A stretch of 39,645 nucleotides of DNA from a virus. Its lineage: Duplodnaviria; Caudoviricetes. The position numbers and the translations under genes were made by a program. The notes under the pieces were generated by a model. The model saw only the letters and a list, made by a program, of their open reading frames with translations, did no database searches and was not told where the DNA came from. Positions 26,801-36,539 of the stretch are shown here, one piece after another; positions within the stretch are counted from its first letter, which is position 1, and each line of letters starts with the position of its first letter. The stretch lies in IMG/VR virus record IMGVR_UViG_3300012921_000082. One strand, written 5' to 3'.

Positions 26801-27827
26801 ATCGCCTAGCGGCTCCGCCTACGGGACCGATCTCGCCTCGAACATTCGCTCGCTTGCCTCCAATATAGGAGCAAAGCCGCGCGAGCTCGCAGCGCTAATG
26901 TCCTTCGAAAGCGGCCTCCGTTCCGACGTCTGGGGTGGTGCCGGAAAGAATTACTATGGCCTGATCCAGGCTGGTGAGAGCGAACGTTCGTCATACGGGA
27001 TCAATCCAGGCGGGTCGCTTGCCGACCAATTCGCCGGCATCGAGCGGTTCTTCAAGGGCCGCGGCTTCAAGCCCGGCATGTCCGGGCTCGATCTTTATTC
27101 AACGGTCAATGCCGGCAGTCCAGGTCGATACAATGCATCCGACGCCGCGAACGGCGGTACATGGGGCACTGTTGCCGACAAGTGGAACCTCCAGATGGGG
27201 CCGCATTTCGCGAAAGCGGATGCGCTGCTCGGCTCATCAAATCGCGCCGCTCAGGCGCTCGACAATCTTGCGACCAAGTCCGTCGACCTCAATGGCGGGT
27301 TTGACCTCCTTGGCAAGGGATTGATGGGGCAGAACGGGCAAGGCGGCATATTGTCCTTCCTCGGAAGCGCCAACTTCAAACCGAACACCACCCTGTCCGC
27401 CTATCTTGGTTACGGTGGCCAGCAGCAGAGCGGAGGCGGGTTTCTGGGCGGCATTTTCGGCATCTTGGGCAAGCTATTCGGGCTGCCGGGATTTGCCGTC
27501 GGCACCGATTTTGCACCAGGCGGCCTCGCGCGCATCAATGAACGAGGCCTGGGCGAGATTGTCGACCTCCCGCGCGGGTCGCGCGTCATTCCGCACGACG
27601 TGTCGATGCGCATGGCCTCGCAACCAACGCAAGTCGTCAACACCATCCAGGTCATCAACAACGCCGGTGCCAGCATCCGCCAGGAGCAAGAGGATGATGG
27701 TCAGGGTGGGCGCCGCACGCAGCTCATCATCGAGGAGCGTGTCGGTAGCGCGATCGCGCGCAAGGGCGGCGCCGCGAACAAGGCTTTGGCCAGTATGGGC
27801 CTTGCCCGGCCGATGAAGGTGCGCTGA
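23862..27827 (+). CDS. Tape measure protein with lytic transglycosylase-like domain
   Basis: 1321 aa helical and Ala-rich; QLQDI...QQG motif; LMSFESG/YGLIQ; C-terminal FAVGT..GG.A.INERG.GE. Confidence 0.93.
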   Translation: MNTVVTELVIDGRGAEVGSAAYVRAMQIAQAAVDRLRDREEALKTASDANAASMISASTSTQRAASAFDRLKASIDPAFAAAKGLERDILTLDRAVTRLGVTEQEAARLMDMVVLKHDAAAQAARRQTEEYLRLAAAGREAQQADRAQGAYNQNLGVRDPASFVGAARASAGTFSTELDRLDEISRQKAQQIGLNFARDLDSSLVAGTGKSARDAATVFSAELDQLDEIARLRALEAGSAFTAGLNARLGIGANAGSARDSAGVFAQQARETEDYGRQVAMVRAQIDPLSVAIEHLNNELAMYATMMQRGDLTTQQFAAAQRMAQARMDEFRMHAEAGRRSQALGGNMMSSINAAQQLQDIAITSAMGQSIPTIALQQGTQFGMAAMMTGGGGSAVGLLNSIKSSFATLANPIMLGSVAFTAVTAAAIQFFSTGREGAKDLTALLKEHNEALKASEDGYKKLDNVARGTGRPSQLVSGFQSQQAIEALRKGFSRDSALGTLDPQLLIARDLPGPFSSDPTAVKYMVQASDAALGLEDVLTRLMKGIEAGNAPVAKFNDELAAMGQAPGASKELKTRIAEILEITKALGEAQLAIQAYDRNFGPGGLLRGASEFNQKDMQALERFRMEENSRLTQMRRQYDADVGGIGAKSPDQLAAAARARESATFNMDETASVRRLRIENAATLERARAEQDLKDSQESRIRGYEQSLSQQREEIALIGKTASETASLQFQTSALQNLREEAARNGITTEEEFLKYFGKEIELIDEAAAKLKVYVELLGKARLRDDLGFDTRQLGRSELDQSVAGKLKQYGLSEDLDGQDAALVRSNELLKKQVELWKDIRKSGMDAYSDIFDLAIDGFDNWQDRLSDIAKDMAKNLYNMSIKNPFINERYPEANLPTLNQTGGIGGFFSTMLGLTPNPAAGAQSVGAMTVNAGSVIVTGSIGASGGDGLLKRIFSPANGNGGGLKSSDFAPMSLSGIGSPSGSAYGTDLASNIRSLASNIGAKPRELAALMSFESGLRSDVWGGAGKNYYGLIQAGESERSSYGINPGGSLADQFAGIERFFKGRGFKPGMSGLDLYSTVNAGSPGRYNASDAANGGTWGTVADKWNLQMGPHFAKADALLGSSNRAAQALDNLATKSVDLNGGFDLLGKGLMGQNGQGGILSFLGSANFKPNTTLSAYLGYGGQQQSGGGFLGGIFGILGKLFGLPGFAVGTDFAPGGLARINERGLGEIVDLPRGSRVIPHDVSMRMASQPTQVVNTIQVINNAGASIRQEQEDDGQGGRRTQLIIEERVGSAIARKGGAANKALASMGLARPMKVR

Positions 27828-28246
27828 TGGCTTTACCTCTCTATCCCAGCGAACTGCCGGCGCCTTTGCGCGATACCTATCAAATCGGGTTCGGTGAGGG
27901 GCGGTTCAAATCCAAGAACGATGCTGGCCCTGGCAATGTCCGCGGCCGATTTTCGTCCACTGTGCATTCGGTCCCGTTTTCGACCCTTCTCGACACCACG
28001 CAGGTCGGCCGCTTCCGCTACTTCTATTTTGAGGAAACGAAAGAGGGGAAATTGCCGTTCCTGATCCCCGATCATTCTGGCGACAGCTATGTGTGGTTGG
28101 ACGATGATGAAACGTCGTTGCTCTACGAGGATGGAACTCCGATCCTGATGGCGGAGACGTGGTTGGTGCTGTTCGACAGTCTGCCAACCATCAAGCCACG
28201 CGACATCTACTGGACTGTCTCTTTCACGTTGGTGGTGATGCCGTGA
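27827..28246 (+). CDS. Distal tail protein
   Basis: P.ELP.PL, G...VRGRFS, G.LPF; follows tape measure. Confidence 0.72.
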   Translation: MALPLYPSELPAPLRDTYQIGFGEGRFKSKNDAGPGNVRGRFSSTVHSVPFSTLLDTTQVGRFRYFYFEETKEGKLPFLIPDHSGDSYVWLDDDETSLLYEDGTPILMAETWLVLFDSLPTIKPRDIYWTVSFTLVVMP

Positions 28247-28770
28247 GCCGAGCGATCTCGCTGAATGCCGCGCGCCAGATCGACGCATTGGCGACCGATG
28301 CTGTTGCGGTCTTCCTGGTCATCATCGAGCATATCGATCTTGAAGAGCCGCTGCGGATTTCGTCCGACAATGCTGAACGCCTTTCCACGGAACCACTGAC
28401 CTACGGCACGCGATCGACCTACGGATCAATCGATGGAACCCCCAGGCCGTTCTACTTCACCGGCATGCAGGTGATCCCACCCGATGATGAGGAGGATGGC
28501 GAGCCGACGGCGACGCTCGTTTTGGACGTGCTGGATACCGACATCGTGGGGCTCCTGACATCGACCACGATCCCAGCGACGGGGCGGATTGCCATCGTCA
28601 TGGCCGACACGCCCAACCTGATCGAATTCGAGACTGCCGGGCTTAGCCTGAAGGGCGCCAATGGCGATTGGGGACAAGTCGCACTGAGGTTATCGATGAA
28701 GGATCTCTACGACGAGCCATATCCGGCGACACGCATGTCGAAGGAGCGCTTCCCGGGGTTGCACCGATGA
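28243..28770 (+). CDS. Tail tip protein (DUF1833-like)
   Basis: GTGA overlap; EPYP..RM...RFPGL C-terminus. Confidence 0.75.
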   Translation: MSRAISLNAARQIDALATDAVAVFLVIIEHIDLEEPLRISSDNAERLSTEPLTYGTRSTYGSIDGTPRPFYFTGMQVIPPDDEEDGEPTATLVLDVLDTDIVGLLTSTTIPATGRIAIVMADTPNLIEFETAGLSLKGANGDWGQVALRLSMKDLYDEPYPATRMSKERFPGLHR

Positions 28771-29165
28771 ACTGGGCAGCCCCCTTCGTTGGCATTCCCG
28801 ACCTTTCCAAGGGTCGGTCACATGCTGGTGCCGATTGCTGGGGTCTGGCGATGCTGGTCTATCGCGAGGTCAAAGGCCTCGAACTGCCGGATTACGCCGC
28901 CGAGTATCTGAGCGATCGCGACCATGCCGAGATCGGCGCTATTGCGCGGCGGGAGAAAGCCGCCGCGCGCTGGCGTTTGGTCGCTGAGGTAAAGGAGTTC
29001 GACCTCTTGCTGTTCGTAGTTGCCCGACACGACAGCCATGTCGGCATCCATGTGGGGCCGGGTCAGATGCTGCATGTCGTCAAGGACGACCACGCCAAGA
29101 TCGGCCGGTACGACGCCGCGCCGTGGGCCGGCCGCCTTGTCGGCGCATACCGTTGGGTCGGATAG
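28767..29165 (+). CDS. NlpC/P60 tail tip protein
   Basis: GADCWGL catalytic Cys; HVGI...MLH. Confidence 0.9.
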   Translation: MNWAAPFVGIPDLSKGRSHAGADCWGLAMLVYREVKGLELPDYAAEYLSDRDHAEIGAIARREKAAARWRLVAEVKEFDLLLFVVARHDSHVGIHVGPGQMLHVVKDDHAKIGRYDAAPWAGRLVGAYRWVG

Positions 29166-29171
29166 CCACTC

Positions 29172-32100
29172 ATGAATGATCTGACCGAGAAGTCAGGCGT
29201 GCCCGTCACGCTGGCACCCTATGCCATGGACTTGGATCGAGGGCGCGAAGAGATCGTCGTGCCGGCGGGCTTGACCGTGGCGGAGATCGTGGCTGTCGTA
29301 CTGCCCGATCTACCATATGCCGCACTTCCACGTGTTCGCGTTGCGCTGGTATCGTCGAAGGGCAGCGCCATCATTCCGCAAGCCAATTGGCATCTGGTGC
29401 GGCCCTATCCGAGCACCAGGGTCGTCATCACCATCGGGCACGGCGCAGGCGCGCTGACGCTACTGGTGCAGATTGCGGCCTCCGCCATCTCGAATGCCCT
29501 TGGCGGTGTTCTGGCGGGCACGTTTGGCCTCAGCGCGGCGACGTGGGCCAGCATCATCGGTTTCGGCATCACCGCCATTGGCGGTATTCTGATCAACGCC
29601 CTCTTCCAGCCGAAAAAGCAGTCCAACAAGGACAGGGACAGCTTCGTCATCGACAGCTGGCAGAACGAGTACCGCCAGGACGAACCGATCCCGGTCCCGC
29701 TCGGAGAGCTCAGGCATTCCCCACCCTTTGCCGCCGCGTCCTACATCGAGGTCGTTGGCGACATCCTCTACAATCGCGCCGTCTTCTGTCACGGTCTAGG
29801 GACGCAGGAGCTTTGGGATCACAAGATCGGTGATACCTCAATCACGGACTACGATGAGTTTCAGATCGAGCACCGCGGGGCGGTGGGATATCCCGACAGC
29901 TCGGTACCATTCACGCTCTACACCCAGCAGGTGATCGAGGATTCGATCGGCACGGATTTGGTGCTGGAGTGGGAGCGTGACGACGCCGGAAATATGCTGC
30001 GCTCGGAGACGTTGCAGCCTGCCAAGACCGTGAAGCGGACCACCGGGCTCAATGCAACACACGCCATTGTCATCTTGCAGTTTCCAAGCGGTCTCGGAAA
30101 GATCACGAATAAGGGTAAGCGCAGCTCGCAAACAGCAAAATTCAGAGTGGGGATCCGCAAAGCCGGCACCTCAATCGTGATTCCCAAGCCGGACATTTCG
30201 GTTACGAACCTGAAGTTCGCCGGGTTCTATCGTGCGGTCAGGATCGACTTTCCCGAGCGAGGGGCATGGGAAATTCAGATCACTCGCCTGACCGTCTCGG
30301 AGCCACTGGAATGGGACGATGATACGCTTGCGCTGACCTGCACGTGGGCAGCTCTCCAGACTTTCCGGCCGGAATATCCATTCAACACGTCGACCCCTCT
30401 GTGCCTGACGGCAATGAGGGTCAAGGCCACCCACCAGATGAACGGTCAGGTGCAGACCTACAACTGCATGACGCGCCGCGTCACAGATGGTTTCGGCCAT
30501 GGGTGGCCGACGAACGTCCCGCGCAACCCAGCCATATCTGCACTCTACGTGCTGCTGGGACCTGGGCTCTACACGGCTGAGGCGCCTAGCAAAATCGATT
30601 GGGCGAAGTTCGCCGAATGGCGTGACTTCTGCACGCTCAAGGGACTGAAATTCGACCTCGTCATTGGCAACCGCCAATCGCTTGGTGACACGCTGAAGAT
30701 GATCGGTGCTGCCGGTCGCGCGCGGGTCTACTTCGACGGATCTTGGTGGACCGCGGTCATAGACAAGCCTCGCACCGTCCCGATCGATGTCATCACGCCA
30801 CGCAACGCATCGAACGTGAAATTCGAGGTTGCGTATGCCGAACTACCCGACGCGCTGCGCATCAAATTTCAAGACGGCACGAACAATTTCCAGCCGGCCG
30901 AGCGTATCGTTCGTCGCCCTGGATTGGCCGGCGCGATCGTGACAACCGAAGCCATGGAGATGCCAGGCAAGACCGATCCAGACGAAATCTACCGCGAGGC
31001 TGTCCGCCGCTTCTATGAACTCCAGTTTCGCAACGTGGCCTACAGCGCGACACAGGACGGCTATGCGCGCTCGGCAACACGGGGAGATCTTGTCCTGGCG
31101 TCGAAGGACATCCTTCGCCGGGCGATGGCCTCTGCCCGCGTCAAGGCTGTGCGTGGGAACCTGATCGAGATCGATGAAGCCTGGCAGATCAAGAACGGCG
31201 TCACCTATGCCGTCGGTTTCCGTGTGCTCGGCGACGAAAGCTCGTCATTGGGGCAACATGTGGTGCGACAGATCATTGCACTCCCGGGAGAGACGCGGGC
31301 AATCGTTTTGAAAGGAGACGGCTTGCTCCCCGATGCTGGGGCCATCATCATGCTTGGGGAGTACGGTTCGGAGAGCATTCCGTTGATCCTGGCCGGCATT
31401 CAGCGGCGCGACGACGGCGGCTCCGACCTGACTCTGCTTCCCTCGGCGCCGGAGATCGACCAACTCACCGATGCCACCACGATCCCCGCATGGGAAAGCA
31501 AGGTCGGCGATATCGTCGATCAATCAGGCATCGTACCCAGTGCGCCTAAGATCGTCTGGGTTAGATACGACGCCGGCTCGTCAAAGACGTTGGTGCGGCT
31601 GGAGCCTGCGCCGACCAATGTGGTGGAACTGTCCAGCTACACCGTTCGCCATCGGCCGGCTGGTTCGCCCACATGGTCAACGGCAACATCGCCAGTATCT
31701 AGTGCCAGTGTCGAACTGGTCGGGTATGTCGTCGGTAACCAGATCGAGCTGCAGGTGCAGGCCACATCGGCATGGGGAACCGCCGGCACGTGGAGCGCGA
31801 TCGTTGCGGTTACTATCGCCGGTACATCACTGCCGTCGTCGTTGCCCGCTTCGAGCATTCAGATCGTCGGCAAGCTTGGCCAGGCAGAGATCACATTTGC
31901 GACCGGCCCAGACCCGAACACGGATGAGGTCCGCATCTATCGTGATGGTGCCGCGCTGCCAGCGACTGTTCCGGTCTCCCCGAATGGATCGTTTGGCAGG
32001 ATCGATGGAGATTCGACGCGCGCCACGCTCGCCACGAACGGCAGCTTTGATGCTGACGCGAACTGGGCCAAGGGAACGGGCTGGGCGATTGCCAGTGGCC

Positions 32101-32483
32101 AAGCGACGAAGACGGCGGGAACAGCTTCCGATTTAAGCCAAGCCGCCGCAATGACCGCTGGCAAGGTCTATCGTGGCGCCGCTACTGTTTCGGGAAGGAC
32201 CGCCGGCACGATCACGCCCAAGCTCACGGGCGGGGCTACTGCGTCCGGCCCCGCCGTCGCTGCGAACGGACAATTCCTATTCCGGCTCACGGCCGGTGCT
32301 TCTCCGACCACGCTGGTTTTCAGCGCCGATAGCACGTTCAACGGATCGATCGATGACGTCGTTCTTTTCGAAGAGACGGCAGCTTGCCTCACGCAGGGCA
32401 TCCATACCTACAAGCTCGAACCGCTAAACGCTGACCGCAGGGCCGGGCCTCAGTCTGCCGACAAAACTGTCGCGGTCATCTGA
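29172..32483 (+). CDS. Central tail fibre / host specificity protein (J-like)
   Basis: 1103 aa; PIPV.LGE, RNPA, FN3-like segment and C-terminal carbohydrate-binding-like beta domain. Confidence 0.88.
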   Translation: MNDLTEKSGVPVTLAPYAMDLDRGREEIVVPAGLTVAEIVAVVLPDLPYAALPRVRVALVSSKGSAIIPQANWHLVRPYPSTRVVITIGHGAGALTLLVQIAASAISNALGGVLAGTFGLSAATWASIIGFGITAIGGILINALFQPKKQSNKDRDSFVIDSWQNEYRQDEPIPVPLGELRHSPPFAAASYIEVVGDILYNRAVFCHGLGTQELWDHKIGDTSITDYDEFQIEHRGAVGYPDSSVPFTLYTQQVIEDSIGTDLVLEWERDDAGNMLRSETLQPAKTVKRTTGLNATHAIVILQFPSGLGKITNKGKRSSQTAKFRVGIRKAGTSIVIPKPDISVTNLKFAGFYRAVRIDFPERGAWEIQITRLTVSEPLEWDDDTLALTCTWAALQTFRPEYPFNTSTPLCLTAMRVKATHQMNGQVQTYNCMTRRVTDGFGHGWPTNVPRNPAISALYVLLGPGLYTAEAPSKIDWAKFAEWRDFCTLKGLKFDLVIGNRQSLGDTLKMIGAAGRARVYFDGSWWTAVIDKPRTVPIDVITPRNASNVKFEVAYAELPDALRIKFQDGTNNFQPAERIVRRPGLAGAIVTTEAMEMPGKTDPDEIYREAVRRFYELQFRNVAYSATQDGYARSATRGDLVLASKDILRRAMASARVKAVRGNLIEIDEAWQIKNGVTYAVGFRVLGDESSSLGQHVVRQIIALPGETRAIVLKGDGLLPDAGAIIMLGEYGSESIPLILAGIQRRDDGGSDLTLLPSAPEIDQLTDATTIPAWESKVGDIVDQSGIVPSAPKIVWVRYDAGSSKTLVRLEPAPTNVVELSSYTVRHRPAGSPTWSTATSPVSSASVELVGYVVGNQIELQVQATSAWGTAGTWSAIVAVTIAGTSLPSSLPASSIQIVGKLGQAEITFATGPDPNTDEVRIYRDGAALPATVPVSPNGSFGRIDGDSTRATLATNGSFDADANWAKGTGWAIASGQATKTAGTASDLSQAAAMTAGKVYRGAATVSGRTAGTITPKLTGGATASGPAVAANGQFLFRLTAGASPTTLVFSADSTFNGSIDDVVLFEETAACLTQGIHTYKLEPLNADRRAGPQSADKTVAVI

Positions 32484-32509
32484 CCATTCTCTGAACATCG
32501 AGGTTTATC

Positions 32510-34471
32510 ATGAGCATAGATGGCATCCGCGCCGTCGATAAAGAGCCTTTGGCTGCCGTCGACTACCTGTTCGGGTTTTCCGCGGCCAATGGCCAGCGCA
32601 TCGGGCCGAGACCGATCGGAATGCAGGCGATTTCCCAGCAGGTTGCGTCGTCGCTGCCGCTTGGGACAGTGAAGTCCTATTCGTCTGTTGCAGCCATGAA
32701 TGCCGATGTCACGCCCACGGTCGGAACCCTCGCCTATGCCGAGTGGAAGACCTACAGGAAGACTACGGCATCAGGCTCGACTGGATGGGAAGTGTTTCTG
32801 AACTTCATTCCAGGCACGCAGGTGATCAACGCAGTGGTGACGGGTGGCACGGCGAGCGCCGTTGTTGCCATCTCAGCAATCCCGGTTTCGGCGACCCCGT
32901 ATATTCAGTTCATCGTCGTTGGCCCTTTCACCGCCGCTAGCATCGGCCCGATGACGCTTGCCATCAATGGAGATACACCGCGCGCACTCGTCACCAATGT
33001 CGGAGAGGCGATAACTCCCGGCTACATCAAACGCGGCATGGCGGCCATCGTTCATATCGACAGTGCTGGTAGCTACCGGTTTTTCAGCTATGGCGATGCG
33101 ACCGCGATCCAGGCGGCGGCAGAGGCAGCCATGACTTCGGCTCAAAAGTGGGCAGAAGGAACCGTGCCGGGCGGGGCGGGAACGAAATCGGCGAAAGAAT
33201 GGGCGGATGCCGCGCTGGCGGGAGGAATATTCAACATCCCTGCCGTCGCGATCGTCGGTGACGGTGTCAGGACTCGGTTCCCCTTGGGGTTGGTGCCGGC
33301 GAGCAAAAACAATGTCTTCCTGACCGCGACGGGGCTGGTGCAGCACGTCGGTGAGTATTCCGTCGATGGGACCGATCTGGTGTTCGCCATCGCGCCGCCC
33401 ATTGGCTATGGCGGCGAGGCCCGCATTCTGGCAATTACACGGGCAATTCCTTACGCAGGCGACGGCACCATTACCCCGGCCTCTTTCTCGGAGGAGGCGA
33501 CACGGTTCATCGGCGGCACGCGTGGTAACATCAGGCCCACAGTCGAGGGCAGCTCGGTCGTTGGAACTGCCACCTACACAACCCAGCGCGGCCAGTATCG
33601 CCTCGCCAACGACTGGGTCAAGTTCACGGCGGAGATCGATTGGACCGGGGCAACGGGCACCGGCGATACCTACATTCGCCTGAACAATGTGCCGGCCTCC
33701 GCCTTCATCAACACGCCGGTCGCAATTCAAGCCTCTGCGATCGATTACGGCGTCGGAAAAGAGCTACAGGGCGTTATCCTGGCCGGAACGAACGTTGTCC
33801 TGCTACAGGCACGGACTGGGTCGGGGGCAGGCTCGACCGCCGTCCCCGTCGACCCCGCAGGCACGATCCGAATTGTGGGCAGCTATCCGGCCGCATCCGA
33901 TGCCTTTTCGGACATTCTGTTCATGGGCGACTCGATAACCTTGGGCGTCCGGCCCGGTGTCGGTGAATACGACACCTTCCGACACAAGGTGCAGAACGCA
34001 CTGGGCTGGGCCATGGCGCACAATTCCGGCGTTGGCGGAGAGAACGCAAGCGAGCAGGAGGCCCGTATGGCTGCGGCCCTGGCGGCCTCGGGCGCCAGGG
34101 CCGTTTGCATCATGACCGGCATCAACGACTTCTTCGATCCGCTGCCCTACGCGACAATGGGCGCCAAGATCACGTCGATGATCACGATGGCGCAGGCTGC
34201 CGGAGCAAGGGTCACGCTTTGCTCGCCGTCGGCAACGCAGGACGCCGGCATGATCGCCAATTTCGGTCCGTGGCTGAACACCATCCAGACCTGCGGCGCA
34301 CTGCCGGGGGTTGTCTATGTGCCGGTCTACGAGCGGTTCGGATTCCTGCGCGCGACCATGCCGCCGGCCAGCTATGCCGCGCTTTTCGTGGATGTGCAGC
34401 ACATTGGCCCTGCCGGCCACGATATTGTCACGGCGCTCATGGCCGCCACCCCTGGCGCCTGCCGGCCTTAA
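32510..34471 (+). CDS. Tail fibre/spike with C-terminal SGNH hydrolase
   Basis: FMGDSIT, NSGVGG, GIND and DVQH blocks; mosaic fibre N-terminus. Confidence 0.82.
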   Translation: MSIDGIRAVDKEPLAAVDYLFGFSAANGQRIGPRPIGMQAISQQVASSLPLGTVKSYSSVAAMNADVTPTVGTLAYAEWKTYRKTTASGSTGWEVFLNFIPGTQVINAVVTGGTASAVVAISAIPVSATPYIQFIVVGPFTAASIGPMTLAINGDTPRALVTNVGEAITPGYIKRGMAAIVHIDSAGSYRFFSYGDATAIQAAAEAAMTSAQKWAEGTVPGGAGTKSAKEWADAALAGGIFNIPAVAIVGDGVRTRFPLGLVPASKNNVFLTATGLVQHVGEYSVDGTDLVFAIAPPIGYGGEARILAITRAIPYAGDGTITPASFSEEATRFIGGTRGNIRPTVEGSSVVGTATYTTQRGQYRLANDWVKFTAEIDWTGATGTGDTYIRLNNVPASAFINTPVAIQASAIDYGVGKELQGVILAGTNVVLLQARTGSGAGSTAVPVDPAGTIRIVGSYPAASDAFSDILFMGDSITLGVRPGVGEYDTFRHKVQNALGWAMAHNSGVGGENASEQEARMAAALAASGARAVCIMTGINDFFDPLPYATMGAKITSMITMAQAAGARVTLCSPSATQDAGMIANFGPWLNTIQTCGALPGVVYVPVYERFGFLRATMPPASYAALFVDVQHIGPAGHDIVTALMAATPGACRP

Positions 34472-34482
34472 GGACCGCTGAC

Positions 34483-35340
34483 ATGACGACACTTCTTAAC
34501 CCGAACCTCATCGGTCAAATCACGGCCATAGGCAAATCGCTGCTCACGGCGGCCAACTCAAGCGCCGCCAGAGATGTTCTGGAACTCGCCTACGGTACGG
34601 CTCCCTATCCGCCGGGGCACCTTAACGGTCTCGAACTGTCCAACAACACAGCCGATGCGGTGAACGACATCGACGTGGCGGCTGGTGTCTGTTCGGACAG
34701 CACAGGGATCGCCAACATTGTGCTTGGCGCCATGACGAAGAGGATGGATGCCAACTGGTCCGGTGGAAGTGGCAACGGCGCTCTGGATACGGGAGCGCTT
34801 GTCGATGGCTGGTATCATGTCTTCGCCATCCTGAAGCCGACGCCAGCTACATCCGATCTGCTGGTTTCCCAATCGGTAAATGCGCCAACGCTCCCCACCG
34901 GCTACACCATGTTTCGCCGGATTGGCTCGGTGCTGCGCGATGCCGGTTCCCTGGTCAAGTTTCGGCAGTGGGGAGACATCTTCAAGTGGGACGTGCCGCG
35001 CCGCAGTTTCACGAACACTGCCGCGGTGGCGCTGGGGCCTTTGGCGCTCGACGTGCCGCCCGGTGTTCGCGTCAGCCCGATCCTGTCGTCAAACATACTG
35101 CTGTCGGCCGTAGGCAATGCGGTCCAGCTGATGGGCGACGGCGAGGGCACGACAGCGGCCATGGCCATCTGCCGGGCCAATATCGCGTCAAGCAACACCT
35201 TCACCAACCTCACCGGACCTGGTGCGTTCCTAACCAACACGGTCCGGCAAGTTCAGTTTCAGCAACTGCTGACGACGGGAACGCTTGGTTCCTCCACCGT
35301 CGATGTGATGGGTTGGCGCGATCTGCGCGGCAGAGGGTAG
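34483..35340 (+). CDS. Second tail fibre protein
   Basis: AGGA SD; GKSLL.AA..SAAR..L repeat, GLELSNN, WYHVFAI, LPTGYT.FRRIGS, GW.D C-terminus. Confidence 0.75.
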   Translation: MTTLLNPNLIGQITAIGKSLLTAANSSAARDVLELAYGTAPYPPGHLNGLELSNNTADAVNDIDVAAGVCSDSTGIANIVLGAMTKRMDANWSGGSGNGALDTGALVDGWYHVFAILKPTPATSDLLVSQSVNAPTLPTGYTMFRRIGSVLRDAGSLVKFRQWGDIFKWDVPRRSFTNTAAVALGPLALDVPPGVRVSPILSSNILLSAVGNAVQLMGDGEGTTAAMAICRANIASSNTFTNLTGPGAFLTNTVRQVQFQQLLTTGTLGSSTVDVMGWRDLRGRG

Positions 35341-35354
35341 GCAACGTTTATTCG

Positions 35355-35876
35355 TCATTCAACTACTTCTATGGAAAACCACGTTCCATTATTTCCGTAA
35401 ATCTTAGTTGGCGAACCCGTTAATTTTGGGCGTATATGCCACGCCTGTAATTGAAACGTGTCTCCAGTTTTTACGGGAATGACTGCTGTCGATACGTTTT
35501 GATCGGGAGTAGTACCAAAAGTTGCTCGTCCGTTCTGGGCAGCATAGCCGTCGAAAAGCGCATTGTTTTTAGTAATGAGTGTCTGCCGTGAGCCCTTAGC
35601 GTCGTGGTCCCATACTATTTGTCCCGAGAGACGAACAAATTGTACGCCATCAGGAATTACGAATTGATGGTTTTCTGCGTCCCACAAGCCGCTCGTGTCG
35701 TATTCGACCTCAGGGAATTCAACCTTCACCCACTGTGTGACTGAATAGCTATTCGGAACGATCTGTTCGGCATCGGCGGTCTTGTGAACCATCGCGCCGC
35801 GAAAATCCCCTGCCGCCACGGCCGACGAAAAGAATGTGAAAGCAGCGGCAACGCTGGATGCGATGATTTTTTTCAT
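35355..35876 (-). CDS. Exported C1q/TNF-like beta protein (moron)
   Basis: Signal peptide MKKIIASSVAAAFTFFSSAVAA; F..VEYD..G.WD...H.FVIP, V..GDTFQLQA, TWFSIE; AT-rich; opposite strand. Confidence 0.72.
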   Translation of the reverse strand: MKKIIASSVAAAFTFFSSAVAAGDFRGAMVHKTADAEQIVPNSYSVTQWVKVEFPEVEYDTSGLWDAENHQFVIPDGVQFVRLSGQIVWDHDAKGSRQTLITKNNALFDGYAAQNGRATFGTTPDQNVSTAVIPVKTGDTFQLQAWHIRPKLTGSPTKIYGNNGTWFSIEVVE

Positions 35877-36013
35877 TCCCCAGTCCATTGTTTTTTTGCA
35901 GTAGCGGCAAAGTAAACAGGAACATCGCCGATGGGCAAATCCGGGGCTGAACTTTTCGTTGGATCCAATTTACCGTTACGCCCTGCGCTGGAGCGGGTAA
36001 TAGTTAAGTCTCT

Positions 36014-36274
36014 TCAGCGAACCCCGTGCCACGTTTCGTCATCAACCGATTCCACTTCGGTAAAGGGCCGGTAGGTCCAAGAGCCGTCTTGAAACCGCCT
36101 CATGCAGTTGCCTTCGATCAGATTGCCGGCCTCATCGCGGATTTTTCGTCCGAACGGCATATAGGGCGACCACTCGAAAGGGTCGGTCCGCCACCACATC
36201 CACCAGCGCTTCGGATGCGCTAGCTGCCAACGGTCCAGCCGCTGGCAGAGAAGTTCGTATAGGTTTTCGGGCAT
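36014..36274 (-). CDS. Trp-rich hypothetical protein (moron)
   Basis: Start MPENLY with GGAG SD; MRRF.DG.W.YR motif. Confidence 0.55.
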   Translation of the reverse strand: MPENLYELLCQRLDRWQLAHPKRWWMWWRTDPFEWSPYMPFGRKIRDEAGNLIEGNCMRRFQDGSWTYRPFTEVESVDDETWHGVR

Positions 36275-36394
36275 GCACGCTCCCCAATCTGATCGGGGAG
36301 TTGGAAAGCCATCATGTGTGAAAGCCGCATGCGTCTTTAGGCGCAAGCCCTGGACATACGCGCATGCCTCCCCGACCGAAGATCGAGAAAGAAA

Positions 36395-36428
36395 CGCCCT
36401 CCGACCTGAATCGGAGAGCGCTCTTTTT
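36395..36428 (+). terminator. Possible terminator before lysis cassette
   Basis: Imperfect stem CGCCCTCCGA/TCGGAGAGCG followed by CTCTTTTT. Confidence 0.35.
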
Positions 36429-36539
36429 GGGTTTTATCCCAACACATGATGGGGTTTCCACGCCCCAGCCCCCTCAAAACGTGAGCCGACAGCAGAAATA
36501 AGCCGAAAATCGGCTTCCTGCAATCTGAAAGGAAAGAAC

